This document shows positions 37,008 to 47,512 of a stretch of DNA of 64,000 nucleotides, piece after piece. A model generated the notes under the pieces. That model was given only the letters and a program-made list of their open reading frames with translations. It had not been told where the DNA came from and ran no database searches. The stretch covers positions 67,620-131,619 of the forward strand of contig JAHDBR010000001.1 of assembly GCA_020630295.1 (NCBI GenBank). Reading direction: 5' to 3'. Origin of the DNA: Sphingomonadaceae bacterium (GTDB taxonomy: Bacteria > Pseudomonadota > Alphaproteobacteria > Sphingomonadales > Sphingomonadaceae). Both the position numbers and the translations under genes were made by a program. How positions within the stretch are numbered: the stretch's first letter is position 1; every line of letters starts with the position of its first letter.

Positions 37008-37979
37008 CTAGCTATCTAATTTTTCCATAAGCTCGGCTTTGGCTGCGTTGTATTCGGCTTCAAGCCTGTCGACCCGTTCTGCAACTGTTTCGACTGCATC
37101 AACTACGCCGACACCCTGACCAGACCCCCAAATGTCTTTCCATGCTTTTGCTTTGCTGTTCCCGCCAGAACCGAAATTCATCTTGCTTGGGTCGCTTTCG
37201 GGCAGGTTTTCTGGATCTAGCCCGGCTTTTTCGATGGAACCGCGCAGATAGTTGCCGTGCACGCCGGTAAACAGGTTGGTGTAGACAATGTCACCAGCCT
37301 TACTGTCGACGATTTCCTGCTTGTAGGCTTCGTCAGCATTGGCCTCTTTTGTAGCAATCCATGCCGATCCGATATAGCCGAAATCGGCGCCCATCGCCTG
37401 AGCGGCCAAAACCGATCGGCCATGCGCGATTGAGCCGGAAAGAGCGACGAGCCCGTCAAACCAAGTGCGGATCTCCTGCATCAAGGCGAAGGGTGATTGC
37501 GTACCCGCGTGCCCGCCTGCGCCCGCCGCTACCGGGATGAGCCCGTCAGCACCTTTTTCAATGGCCTTGCGCGCGAACCGGTCATTGATGACATCGTGCA
37601 ATGAAATGCCGCCCCATTTGGTCACTGCAGAGAAAACTTCCTCTCGCGCGCCCAGCGAAGTTATGACCATTGGCACCTGCCATTTGGCGCAAACTTCCAT
37701 GTCTTCTTCCAACCGGTCGTTGCTGCGATGAACAATCTGGTTGACCGCATAAGGCGCGGCGGGACGATCAGGGTTATCCCGGTTATGCGCCGCCAGCTCT
37801 TCTGTGATTTGATGCAACCATTCGTCCAATACGCCCGAGGGGCGGGCATTCAGAGCGGGAAAGGAACCGATGATGCCGGCTTTACACTGAGCGATTACCA
37901 GCTCCGGCCCGGAAACAATGAAGAGCGGCGAACCGATGATAGGGAGGCGCAGCCGGTCAAAAGGTGCGGGTAGGGCCAT
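37008..37979 (-). CDS. nitronate monooxygenase (NMO / 2-nitropropane dioxygenase family)
   Basis: 323 aa with an FMN TIM-barrel pattern (PIIGSPL..., AAGAGGHAG). Confidence 0.85.
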   Translation of the reverse strand: MALPAPFDRLRLPIIGSPLFIVSGPELVIAQCKAGIIGSFPALNARPSGVLDEWLHQITEELAAHNRDNPDRPAAPYAVNQIVHRSNDRLEEDMEVCAKWQVPMVITSLGAREEVFSAVTKWGGISLHDVINDRFARKAIEKGADGLIPVAAGAGGHAGTQSPFALMQEIRTWFDGLVALSGSIAHGRSVLAAQAMGADFGYIGSAWIATKEANADEAYKQEIVDSKAGDIVYTNLFTGVHGNYLRGSIEKAGLDPENLPESDPSKMNFGSGGNSKAKAWKDIWGSGQGVGVVDAVETVAERVDRLEAEYNAAKAELMEKLDS

Positions 37980-38110
37980 GAAATGCTCCGTTACTAAGTG
38001 CAGGTTGCAGATTGAAACTTGGAGGCAACTATGTCGTAATCGCCCAAATGTCGAGTGAGGGCGGAAAAGGATTATCCCAGCCCCCGACAGCCTAATGCTT
38101 CGCCGTGACT

Positions 38111-39157
38111 TTAGGTTCCTAGCAGATGCTCGATGCCATATGTCTGCGCGGCAGTGCCTGCATAAAGTGCTGCTTTTTCGTCGCCTGAGAAATCGGCAGT
38201 AATGCGCTTAAAGGCATTCCACAAAACCGGATAACTCGCACCCCACCGGTCGACCGGATAGTTACTTTCGAACATGGCGCGGTTCGATCCAAATGCATCG
38301 ATGCACGTTTCAATGTAAGGCTTCCACATTGCCGCGAGCGCTTCCGACCCTACACCTTTGGCGGGGCCATCGTCCGGCATTCCGCAAAACGCCATCGCCA
38401 GTCCGCCAAGTTTGACGGAAACGTTGTCGCATTGCGCGAGCGTGTGAATCGAATTCTTCCACCGCGCAAAATTATCACCCAGCTTGCCTCGATAAGAAGC
38501 GATGTTGAGCGGAGTGCCGCAGTGATCCAGGATGATCTTCTGGTCCGGGAATGCTTGGGCCAGCGCAATAACATCCGCAATTTGGGGCTCTAGAACCCAA
38601 GCATCAAAGGTTAGTCCGCGCTTTGCAAACTCAGCAAAGCCGCTGCGGAAGCTGTCGCTTGAATATAGGCCTTCGGGTGCATGAAACGGAGGCCCCAGGA
38701 CCAGCGGATCGGCATCCCATGCGCCTTGATGACGGATGCCGCAAAAGCGCCCGTTACCGGCTTTTGTGAGCGCATCCAGCACCTCATTCACCGCATCGCC
38801 CAACATCATGTCCGCATGCCCAACGATGGCGGCACAGGGACGGCCAGTACCGTAAAGCCCGCTTGCGCCCTGCGCGGCAACACCATTGACGAACTCTACC
38901 TCGCCAACCGGTTTTAAATGATCGTCAGCTGCGGCGTTGTAAAACGCGCCGCATTCCATGAATACTGTACCGATAATGGAATGACCTGTGTTCAGGTCGG
39001 CTTGCAGCTGGTCGAAGGTGTAATGCGCCGCGCCGGCAATGGCCGAAATAAACTCATGCTGCGGCTCAGGAAAAGCAGGAAGCATCGGACGCAAATCCCA
39101 CAAATGGTGATGCGGATCGATGATCTGCAAGTCGGGTTCTAGTGCGGTTTCGCTCAT
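38111..39157 (-). CDS. amidohydrolase-2 family metal-dependent hydrolase
   Basis: 348 aa with IIDPHHHLWD at the N-terminus and ILDHCG, both typical of PF04909-like proteins. Confidence 0.8.
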   Translation of the reverse strand: MSETALEPDLQIIDPHHHLWDLRPMLPAFPEPQHEFISAIAGAAHYTFDQLQADLNTGHSIIGTVFMECGAFYNAAADDHLKPVGEVEFVNGVAAQGASGLYGTGRPCAAIVGHADMMLGDAVNEVLDALTKAGNGRFCGIRHQGAWDADPLVLGPPFHAPEGLYSSDSFRSGFAEFAKRGLTFDAWVLEPQIADVIALAQAFPDQKIILDHCGTPLNIASYRGKLGDNFARWKNSIHTLAQCDNVSVKLGGLAMAFCGMPDDGPAKGVGSEALAAMWKPYIETCIDAFGSNRAMFESNYPVDRWGASYPVLWNAFKRITADFSGDEKAALYAGTAAQTYGIEHLLGT

Positions 39158-39298
39158 AAAAGTCCTCTCTCCCGTCGCACTTTAAGCCGCAATACCAATC
39201 TGTCGAGCAATGAAAGTGATAGTAAAATTGCCGAAAACTGATCGTTTGCTTTTGTCTCTACGCGTTTCTCCTGATATGTTGGTCTTAAGGAGAACGTC

Positions 39299-41056
39299 AT
39301 GAAGCTTGCACTCACCCGCCGAATTTCTGTTTCTGCTGCCGCAATATGTGCGGTTTTAGGTGCCGATTTTGCGTTGATGGCGCAGACACCGCCCGAAGAT
39401 GAGAATGTTGTGATCGTCACCGGCACCCGGATCACTCAGGGTGGAATTCAGGACATAAAGCAGTTTCGATCCATCTCGATGGATACGGATTTCTTGCCGC
39501 GTGCTGAAAGTCTTACGATTGAGGGCCTGCTCGGTGAATATGATCTGAGCTTGCCGGGTAAGGCCGAATGTACGCAAACGTTTTGCATTAGCGGATATTC
39601 GGCCAAGTCAGATATTCCGGCGCGGCCGCAAGATGAATATTTTGTCGGGCTGGGCTTCGAGAGCAACGCAGATGCGGAAGCTTTGCAGGCAGAACCACTG
39701 AGCTTGATTGCTGTTGTTGACCGGTCCGGCTCGATGACCGGCGCCAAGATTGCAAACGCTAAGGAAGGCCTGCTTCAGTCGTTGTCGAAAATGCGGGACG
39801 GCGACCGCTTGGGCATCGTTATGTTCGGTGACGACACTGCTATCCTGATGCCTGTCATGGATGTTGGCGCCAATCGCGAACAGTTGATTGATGCGATTAA
39901 GTCTATCGAAGCGGGCGGTTCCACCAATATGGAGCGGGGGCTTCAGCAGGGTTTTGACGTGGCGTTTGCGGAGAAGGAGCGGACCAATCGCAAAACCCGG
40001 ATCATGCTGCTGACTGACGAAAAGCCGAATGTTGGCAGTACCGAACCGGAAGGTTTTATGACTCAAGCCATTGCCGGTTCCAAGCGGGGCGTCGGAATGA
40101 CGACGATTGGTGTGGGGCGTGACTTTGACAACGCACTGGCGATGCAACTGTCCAGCGTGCGCGGCGGTAATCTGTTCTACCTTGCCAATAACGCTGATGC
40201 GTCCGCTTTATTCGACCGTGAGTTCTTCAACATGGTTTCGGAGGTTGCGCATGATGTGACCATTACCATGACCCCTTCTGCGGGTAACAAGATCAACGCG
40301 GTATTTGGCGTTCCTAACGAAATTGTGACGACCGATGCCGACGGATCAGTAACGGTAAAAATCGGCTCTGCCTTCCTTTCGACAAATGGCGGCGGTATCT
40401 TTGCCAGCGTAGATGCTGCCGAAGGGCAGGGCGCATCGCCGCTTATGTCTGTTGCGGTCAGCTATGTTGATGCGCAAACAGGCGCCGCAGGAAGCAATTC
40501 TGATGTTGTTGGATTACCTGCATCGGCTCCGCCTCAGGGCCTCAAAGTGGCGCAGACGCTCGTCGATGAATATCTGACCCTCACTGAGGCGCTAAACGCG
40601 TATCACGCCAACAATGACACGCAGAAAGCCTACAGCCTGATCGACGGTCTGGCCGGCCGCCTAGCGCAGACTGAATTTGCCGGAATTGCGAAAGAACGCG
40701 AATTGGTATCCGGACTGCAAAGAAATGCGGCAGCTTTGGCGGGTGTCGGTGATTTACCGGACAATATGCGTCCGGCAGCGGTCTTGGGCAAATGGGAAGT
40801 GACTAAACAGCGCGGTCTGCGAGAGATTGAACGCGGCGATCTGGTGGAAATTACCCAGGGGGGCGAGTTTAACACATACCGCCGGACTGGCCGGGAAGCG
40901 GGTCAGGAAGTGAACCAGTATTTCCAGATCAACGAGAACCAACTGTATATCGAATATACCGATCTGGTGTTCAATTACAGCGTTAGCAGTGACACTCTCA
41001 AATTGCGCGGCAAGGACGGACGAACCCGCCTGTTCCTGAAGCGCGCCGAAAGCTAA
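39299..41056 (+). CDS. secreted von Willebrand factor type A (VWA) domain protein (YfbK-like architecture)
   Basis: 585 aa with a signal peptide, MIDAS motif VVDRSGSM and GGSTN. SD is AAGGAGA. Confidence 0.8.
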   Translation: MKLALTRRISVSAAAICAVLGADFALMAQTPPEDENVVIVTGTRITQGGIQDIKQFRSISMDTDFLPRAESLTIEGLLGEYDLSLPGKAECTQTFCISGYSAKSDIPARPQDEYFVGLGFESNADAEALQAEPLSLIAVVDRSGSMTGAKIANAKEGLLQSLSKMRDGDRLGIVMFGDDTAILMPVMDVGANREQLIDAIKSIEAGGSTNMERGLQQGFDVAFAEKERTNRKTRIMLLTDEKPNVGSTEPEGFMTQAIAGSKRGVGMTTIGVGRDFDNALAMQLSSVRGGNLFYLANNADASALFDREFFNMVSEVAHDVTITMTPSAGNKINAVFGVPNEIVTTDADGSVTVKIGSAFLSTNGGGIFASVDAAEGQGASPLMSVAVSYVDAQTGAAGSNSDVVGLPASAPPQGLKVAQTLVDEYLTLTEALNAYHANNDTQKAYSLIDGLAGRLAQTEFAGIAKERELVSGLQRNAAALAGVGDLPDNMRPAAVLGKWEVTKQRGLREIERGDLVEITQGGEFNTYRRTGREAGQEVNQYFQINENQLYIEYTDLVFNYSVSSDTLKLRGKDGRTRLFLKRAES

Positions 41057-41062
41057 CTCGCT

Positions 41063-42745
41063 TCAGGCCGAGCCGACCGCGGAATTGGCGGCGCTCAAGA
41101 CCGCTCGGACACTCGCAGTGGCGACATCTTCATCGATGCCGCAGCCCCATATGGTATCGCCGCCAGCATTGCGGCATTCCAGATAGGCGGCTGCGCGTGC
41201 ATCGCGGCCTGTACCCAATGCGTGTTCTGTATAGTCGCGGATTTCCAGCTGTAGACCGAAGCTGTCTTCAATCGTGGTCAGCACAGACGAGATGAGGCCA
41301 TTGCCGCGTCCGCTAACGCGCTGCTCTTCACCGCGAACCGCTATGGTTCCGGCGAAGATGCGCGTGCCGTCAGCCGCTCGGCTCTCCTCATAGTCCACCA
41401 GCTGGAAATGTTTGTCCGACGTTTGCACGTGATACGCATTCTGGAAGGCACCCCAGATGTCTCCTGCTTCGAGCTCACGTCCCAAATCGTCTGCCAGATG
41501 CTGGACATGGCGGGAGAAATCGGCCTGCATCGCTTTCGGTAGTTTCAGGCCCTGATCCTGCTCAAGCACCCAAGCAAATCCGCCTTTTCCGCTCTGTGAA
41601 TTGACCCGGATAACCGCTTCGTAATTGCGGCCCAGATCGGCAGGGTCGATCGGAAGATACGGCACGCGCCATGCTTCATCATTTTGCGCTTCCTGCGCTG
41701 CAAAACCCTTTTTGATTGCATCCTGATGGCTTCCCGAAAACGCAGTAAACACCAGCTCGCCGCCATAGGGATGGCGTTCATGTACAGGGATCTGGTTGCA
41801 ATATTCCACTGTCTCGATGACGCGGTCAATATCGGAGAAATCAAGACCGGGATCTATGCCCTGCGTGTACATATTGAGCGCCACAGTGACGAGGCAGCAA
41901 TTGCCGGTGCGTTCTCCGTTGCCGAACAGACAGCCCTCAACGCGGTCCGCGCCCGCCATCATGCCAAGTTCAGCGGCGGCTACTCCGGTGCCTCTGTCAT
42001 TGTGCGTATGTAGAGAGATTACGGCTGCATTCCGATTGGGCAGATTACGGCAGAAATATTCGATCTGGTCAGCATAGATATTCGGCGTTGCCGCTTCCAC
42101 AGTTGCGGGCAAATTCAGGATAATCGGGCTGTCCGGCGTAGGTGCGAGCACTTGCATCACAGCCTCGCAAACCTCGATACTAAAGTCGATTTCTGCGGTC
42201 GAGAAAGTCTCCGGACTGTATTGGAATTGCCATTGCGTACCGGGCCGATTGGCGGCTTCATCACGCATTATTTTTGCGCCGGCCACCGCGATTTCGCGCA
42301 CTTCGTCTTTGCTCATACGGAACACGATATCGCGCCAGGCCGGGCTTACGGCATTATACAGGTGGACGATTGCCGAATGCGCGCCTGTCAGACTTTCAAA
42401 CGAAGTCCTGATCAAGTCTTCGCGCGATTGAGTAAGCACTTGCAGCGTCACATCATCCGGGACCTTGCCCGATTGTACCAAGCCGCTGATGAAATCGAAT
42501 TCGGTTGCACCCGCACTCGGGAAGCCGACCTCAATCTCTTTCACCCCGATTTCTACCAGCAGGTCAAAGAAACGGTTTTTCTTCACCGCATCCATCGGGT
42601 CGATGATCGATTGGTTGCCGTCGCGCAGATCGGTCGAAAGCCACCGTGGCGGGGCGGTTATCGTCTGGCTTGGCCATTGACGATCGGGCAGGTCGATTTG
42701 CGGAAATGCGGTGTATTTTTGCGAAGGCGTGCGGAGCATGGGCAT
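41063..42745 (-). CDS. leuA: 2-isopropylmalate synthase (long form)
   Basis: 560 aa with [15 protein letters not shown] and a C-terminal LeuA dimerisation/regulatory domain. Confidence 0.95.
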   Translation of the reverse strand: MPMLRTPSQKYTAFPQIDLPDRQWPSQTITAPPRWLSTDLRDGNQSIIDPMDAVKKNRFFDLLVEIGVKEIEVGFPSAGATEFDFISGLVQSGKVPDDVTLQVLTQSREDLIRTSFESLTGAHSAIVHLYNAVSPAWRDIVFRMSKDEVREIAVAGAKIMRDEAANRPGTQWQFQYSPETFSTAEIDFSIEVCEAVMQVLAPTPDSPIILNLPATVEAATPNIYADQIEYFCRNLPNRNAAVISLHTHNDRGTGVAAAELGMMAGADRVEGCLFGNGERTGNCCLVTVALNMYTQGIDPGLDFSDIDRVIETVEYCNQIPVHERHPYGGELVFTAFSGSHQDAIKKGFAAQEAQNDEAWRVPYLPIDPADLGRNYEAVIRVNSQSGKGGFAWVLEQDQGLKLPKAMQADFSRHVQHLADDLGRELEAGDIWGAFQNAYHVQTSDKHFQLVDYEESRAADGTRIFAGTIAVRGEEQRVSGRGNGLISSVLTTIEDSFGLQLEIRDYTEHALGTGRDARAAAYLECRNAGGDTIWGCGIDEDVATASVRAVLSAANSAVGSA

Positions 42746-42828
42746 GAAAACTCGTGGCTACGATTTTGGAGAGGTTGGCTCTTCTTTCCCTTGGGCGCCT
42801 AGCGAACCGTTAAGGGTACGCTACACGG

Positions 42829-42879
42829 TCACGCCCAAGGGCGCGTTAGTCGTAGGAGTAGTGTTGCTGCCAATTTCAT
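42829..42879 (-). promoter_or_regulatory. candidate leuA leader peptide ORF (MKLAATLLLRLTRPWA*)
   Basis: 16-codon ORF in the 251-nt leuA leader. It has 5 Leu codons, 3 of them CTA (CTA CTC CTA CGA CTA). Its end overlaps CCCTTGGGCG, which can pair with CGCCCAAGGG 34 nt downstream. There is no clear SD. Confidence 0.4.
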
Positions 42880-42996
42880 GATGTAGGCTATGCGTCTTGC
42901 GCGAGGCCTTGTAAAGACAAACAAAGCCGCACAGCACGAGATTTAATATATCGCATTGTAGATGCGATTTGGAAGATTCATCCGGAAGGTTTTTCA

Positions 42997-43443
42997 ATGT
43001 CTGACCATGCACCCGCTGCGGACGCACTTTACCAGACGATGGGATTGGTGAAAGTCGTCACTATGGACCCGGCAGGCCGGTCATCGCTAGAATATATGGC
43101 AAAGCGCGAACAGTGCCATTCCGGCGGAGTGGTGCAAGGCGGGTTTGTTACCGGGTGGATTGACGCCGCCATGGCGCATGCTGCCATCGCGCTGAAAGGT
43201 CAGGACGTTGTGCCGATGACGCTGGAGCTGAAAATGAGCTTCTTCGCTCCGGCCAGACCGGGCCTGGTCGTGGCAGAGGCTTGGGTCGAAAAGAACGGCC
43301 GCCGTACCGGTTTTTTCGAAGGGCACCTCAAAGATACCGATGGAAATATCCTAGCGAAGGGTAGCAGCACGATCCTGTTCGCTGATCGCCGGAAAGTCGA
43401 AGGGGCTTCCAAAGTCGCAAGCGAACCGAAAACCGACATCTGA
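42997..43443 (+). CDS. PaaI/hotdog-fold thioesterase
   Basis: 148 aa with HSGGVVQGGFVTGWIDAAMAHA, typical of PaaI-family thioesterases. Confidence 0.8.
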   Translation: MSDHAPAADALYQTMGLVKVVTMDPAGRSSLEYMAKREQCHSGGVVQGGFVTGWIDAAMAHAAIALKGQDVVPMTLELKMSFFAPARPGLVVAEAWVEKNGRRTGFFEGHLKDTDGNILAKGSSTILFADRRKVEGASKVASEPKTDI

Positions 43444-43449
43444 ACAATT

Positions 43450-44052
43450 TCAGCACCGTATGCTGCTGTCATCCATGCGCGCCTGAAGTTCGTCTAGGCT
43501 GTAGCGCGATTTAGGTTCGTCAGATTCGCAAGGGCGATAGGCAGGGTCCTGCGCCAGACAATTTTCGCCGCATACCTGCTCCGTAAAACGTTCTTCGGCG
43601 TCTATCCTCCAGAGCCGTCCGCCCGGAGTTGAAACATAACCGTCAACACCGCTGGCGATGTCGCTTTGCATATCGAGCATAGAGGGCACTTCGCTGTCAT
43701 ATTGCGAATTATACGCGCCATGCGTGTGCATACTTGCGACAGGACCCATTCCGGGCTCGTCAAAGAATCGTATGTCACAGCTTGCCATTTCGCCGGAGAT
43801 CAATGGCGTGGAGCCAAGCTCTCCATCGCTATTTTCAAAAATGACTGCGCAAATTTCCTGATCCTCTGCAAAGGATCGTTCTTGCAAGGCCCCAAGCTGG
43901 GCCTTGGCGTAAGCGGTCACTTCGCTGCTTGAGACAGTCGTCACAAAATCCTCTGTCCCTTTGGTGTTCATCATCGCGCGAACGACGATGAACCCCCAAA
44001 GGACAATACAGAAAATGAAGATATTTCTGGTCGTGAAGAGGCCGGTGTTCAT
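43450..44052 (-). CDS. membrane-anchored hypothetical protein, DUF4329-like
   Basis: Start moved to ATG 44052 (SD AGGGGTGG). N-terminal TM segment; the pattern E-ICAVIF...G.LGSTP...HTHGAY...PSMLD resembles DUF4329 and JAB-like signatures. Confidence 0.55.
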   Translation of the reverse strand: MNTGLFTTRNIFIFCIVLWGFIVVRAMMNTKGTEDFVTTVSSSEVTAYAKAQLGALQERSFAEDQEICAVIFENSDGELGSTPLISGEMASCDIRFFDEPGMGPVASMHTHGAYNSQYDSEVPSMLDMQSDIASGVDGYVSTPGGRLWRIDAEERFTEQVCGENCLAQDPAYRPCESDEPKSRYSLDELQARMDDSSIRC

Positions 44053-44068
44053 ACCACCCCTTTGACAG

Positions 44069-45130
<1,062 letters not shown>

Positions 45131-45646
45131 TTACGTTCCGGATGCGCCCCGCATCATTCCCACAATCCCCGTCCGGCCGACTTCCACCAGGCCCAGCTCG
45201 CGCATGAGGATGATGAAATTGTCGATTTTCTCCGGGGATCCAGTCAATTCAAAAACAAAGCTCGAGGTTGTGGAGTCAACGACTTGAGCGCGAAAAATCT
45301 CTGCCGTACGTAGCGCCTCAACGCGGGCGTCGCCGATTCCAGCCACTTTGATCAGTGCCAGCTCGCGCTCTACATGAGGGCCGGCGGTGGTGAGATCGAC
45401 CACCTTATGCACCGGAACGAGGCGCTCAAGCTGGGCTTCGATCTGGTCAATCACTGCGGGTGGTCCGTTGGTCACAATCGTAATGCGGCTGATCGCATGA
45501 TCTTCCGCAATGTCCGCGACTGTCAAACTGTCAATATTGTACCCGCGCGCGGTAAACAAACCGGCGATCTTTGCGAGAATACCGGCCTCGTTATCGACGG
45601 TGACAGCCAAAACATGGCGTTCGGATTTCTGTTCGTGGATATGCAT
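45131..45646 (-). CDS. ilvN: acetolactate synthase small (regulatory) subunit
   Basis: 171 aa with ACT domain VDNEAGILAKIAGLFTARGYNIDSL. Confidence 0.9.
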   Translation of the reverse strand: MHIHEQKSERHVLAVTVDNEAGILAKIAGLFTARGYNIDSLTVADIAEDHAISRITIVTNGPPAVIDQIEAQLERLVPVHKVVDLTTAGPHVERELALIKVAGIGDARVEALRTAEIFRAQVVDSTTSSFVFELTGSPEKIDNFIILMRELGLVEVGRTGIVGMMRGASGT

Positions 45647-45654
45647 ATCGTGCC

Positions 45655-47406
45655 TTACACCAGTGCCTTCGCCGCATCATCCATAGTGCCATCGACTGCG
45701 TCACCATAGAGCAGCATATCGGTATGCGCAGCGCCGCTCGGGATCATCGGGTAGCAGTTTGCATCCTTGGAAACCTGACAATCAACCATCACCGGGCCGT
45801 CATGATCGAGCATGGCCTGAATGCCTGCATCTAGCTCGGCTTCACTATGAATACGGATACCCTTCCAGCCATATGCCTCCGCCAAAGCGACGAAATCGGG
45901 CAGACTGTCTGAATAGGAGTTTGAGTACCGGCTTTCATAGGTCAGTTCCTGCCACTGGCGGACCATGCCCATATATTCATTGTTGAGGATGAACACTTTG
46001 ACCGGGAGCCGGTATTGGCTCGCCGTGCCCAGTTCCTGGATATTCATCTGGATGGATGCCTCACCAGCAACATCGATGACGAGGTCATCCGGATTACCCA
46101 ACTGCGCACCGATTGCAGCGGGCAAGCCGTAACCCATTGTTCCCAATCCGCCGCTTGTCAGCCATTTATTAGGTTCGAAAAATCCGAAATATTGCGCAGC
46201 CCACATCTGATGCTGGCCGACCTCTGTCGTGATAATCGGGCTTCGGTCACGGGTGAGGGCGAATAGCCGTTCGACCGCCTTCTGAGGCATAAGAGCCTCG
46301 GCAGTTTCCGGATAAGCCAAACTTTCTCGCGCGCGCCAGCCTGTGACCCGGGCTTTCCATTCGTTGAGGTGTAGAGGCTGACGCTCGCCCCATGCCTCGA
46401 TCAATTGGCGCAGCACCTGCGCGCAATCACCAACAATTCCCAAATCGACGGGGACCGTCTTGTTGATGGAGGCGCGATCGATGTCGATATGAATCTTTTT
46501 GGAATCCGGCGAGAACGCATCCAGCCTTCCGGTCACCCGGTCATCAAACCGCGCACCGATACAAACCATCAGATCGCACTTGTTCATCGCCATGTTGGCT
46601 TCGTAGGTGCCGTGCATTCCCAGCATTCCCAGCCAGTCGTCATGTTCGGCAGGAAATGCGCCAAGGCCCATTAATGTCGATGTGACAGGTGCGCCGATTT
46701 TCTCCTGTAAATCTCGCAATAGCGAGGCGGCTTGCGGGCCAGAATTGATCACCCCGCCGCCCGTATAGAATATTGGTCGCTCTGCTGCTGCGAGCATTTC
46801 AATCGCTTGGGTGATCTTGTCAGTTTTGCCCAAAGTTTGCGGTTGATAGCGCGCCGATGCTGGCGGTGCATTCGAAGCCGCATCTATGTCAGCAAGTGCA
46901 ATCTGTACGTCTTTAGGAATGTCCACCAGAACCGGACCGGGCCGGCCTGTCGTGGCGATCCGGAAAGCCTCATCAATCGTCGCGCGCAGGTCTTTCGGGT
47001 CTTTGACCAGATAATTGTGCTTGGTACAGTGGCGGGTGATGCCGATTGTATCGGCCTCCTGAAAAGCATCGGTGCCAATCAAAGCGGTCGGTACCTGTCC
47101 GGTAATCACCACCAAAGGAATTGAATCAAGATACGCATCCGCAATGCCCGTGACAGCATTGGTTGCGCCCGGACCGGAAGTGACCAGCACAACGCCCGGT
47201 TTGCCAGTGGATCGTGCATAACCCTCTGCCGCATGGGCTGCACCCGCCTCGTGCCGGACAAGGATATGGCGGATGCGCGAGTTGTCGAACAGCTCGTCAT
47301 AAATGGGCAGGACTGCGCCGCCGGGATAACCGAAAATAAATTCGACTTCCTGCTCAACCAAGCAATCTACCAAAATAGACGCGCCGCTGCGCTCCTGTTC
47401 AGACAC
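45655..47406 (-). CDS. ilvB: acetolactate synthase large subunit (biosynthetic type)
   Basis: 583 aa with a GTG start after GGAGAA and a ThDP-binding motif ([16 protein letters not shown]). Confidence 0.95.
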   Translation of the reverse strand: MSEQERSGASILVDCLVEQEVEFIFGYPGGAVLPIYDELFDNSRIRHILVRHEAGAAHAAEGYARSTGKPGVVLVTSGPGATNAVTGIADAYLDSIPLVVITGQVPTALIGTDAFQEADTIGITRHCTKHNYLVKDPKDLRATIDEAFRIATTGRPGPVLVDIPKDVQIALADIDAASNAPPASARYQPQTLGKTDKITQAIEMLAAAERPIFYTGGGVINSGPQAASLLRDLQEKIGAPVTSTLMGLGAFPAEHDDWLGMLGMHGTYEANMAMNKCDLMVCIGARFDDRVTGRLDAFSPDSKKIHIDIDRASINKTVPVDLGIVGDCAQVLRQLIEAWGERQPLHLNEWKARVTGWRARESLAYPETAEALMPQKAVERLFALTRDRSPIITTEVGQHQMWAAQYFGFFEPNKWLTSGGLGTMGYGLPAAIGAQLGNPDDLVIDVAGEASIQMNIQELGTASQYRLPVKVFILNNEYMGMVRQWQELTYESRYSNSYSDSLPDFVALAEAYGWKGIRIHSEAELDAGIQAMLDHDGPVMVDCQVSKDANCYPMIPSGAAHTDMLLYGDAVDGTMDDAAKALV

Positions 47407-47430
47407 GTAATTCTCCAGATCCCGTTGATC

Positions 47431-47470
47431 AAAAATTTAGCCCGGCGCAGGGGATGCGCCGGGCTCTTTT
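47431..47470 (-). terminator. GC-rich hairpin with flanking T-tracts between miaA and ilvB
   Basis: AGCCCGGCGC-(7)-GCGCCGGGCT. On the minus strand AAATTTTT follows; on the plus strand CTTTTG follows. Confidence 0.5.
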
Positions 47471-47512
47471 GACCGACACCTGCCTATGGGTATAATTATA
47501 TCTAGTCAACAC

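Noticed and set aside
42821-43027. 68-aa minus-strand ORF in the leuA leader
   Set aside because: It starts inside the divergent thioesterase gene, has no SD and has odd composition. The region is better explained as a leuA leader carrying a short Leu-rich peptide in another frame.
47407-47512. Branched-chain amino acid leader peptide for ilvBN
   Set aside because: The only ORF in the leader ([27 protein letters not shown]) is not Ile/Val/Leu-enriched and runs through the hairpin. The hairpin itself is reported separately.
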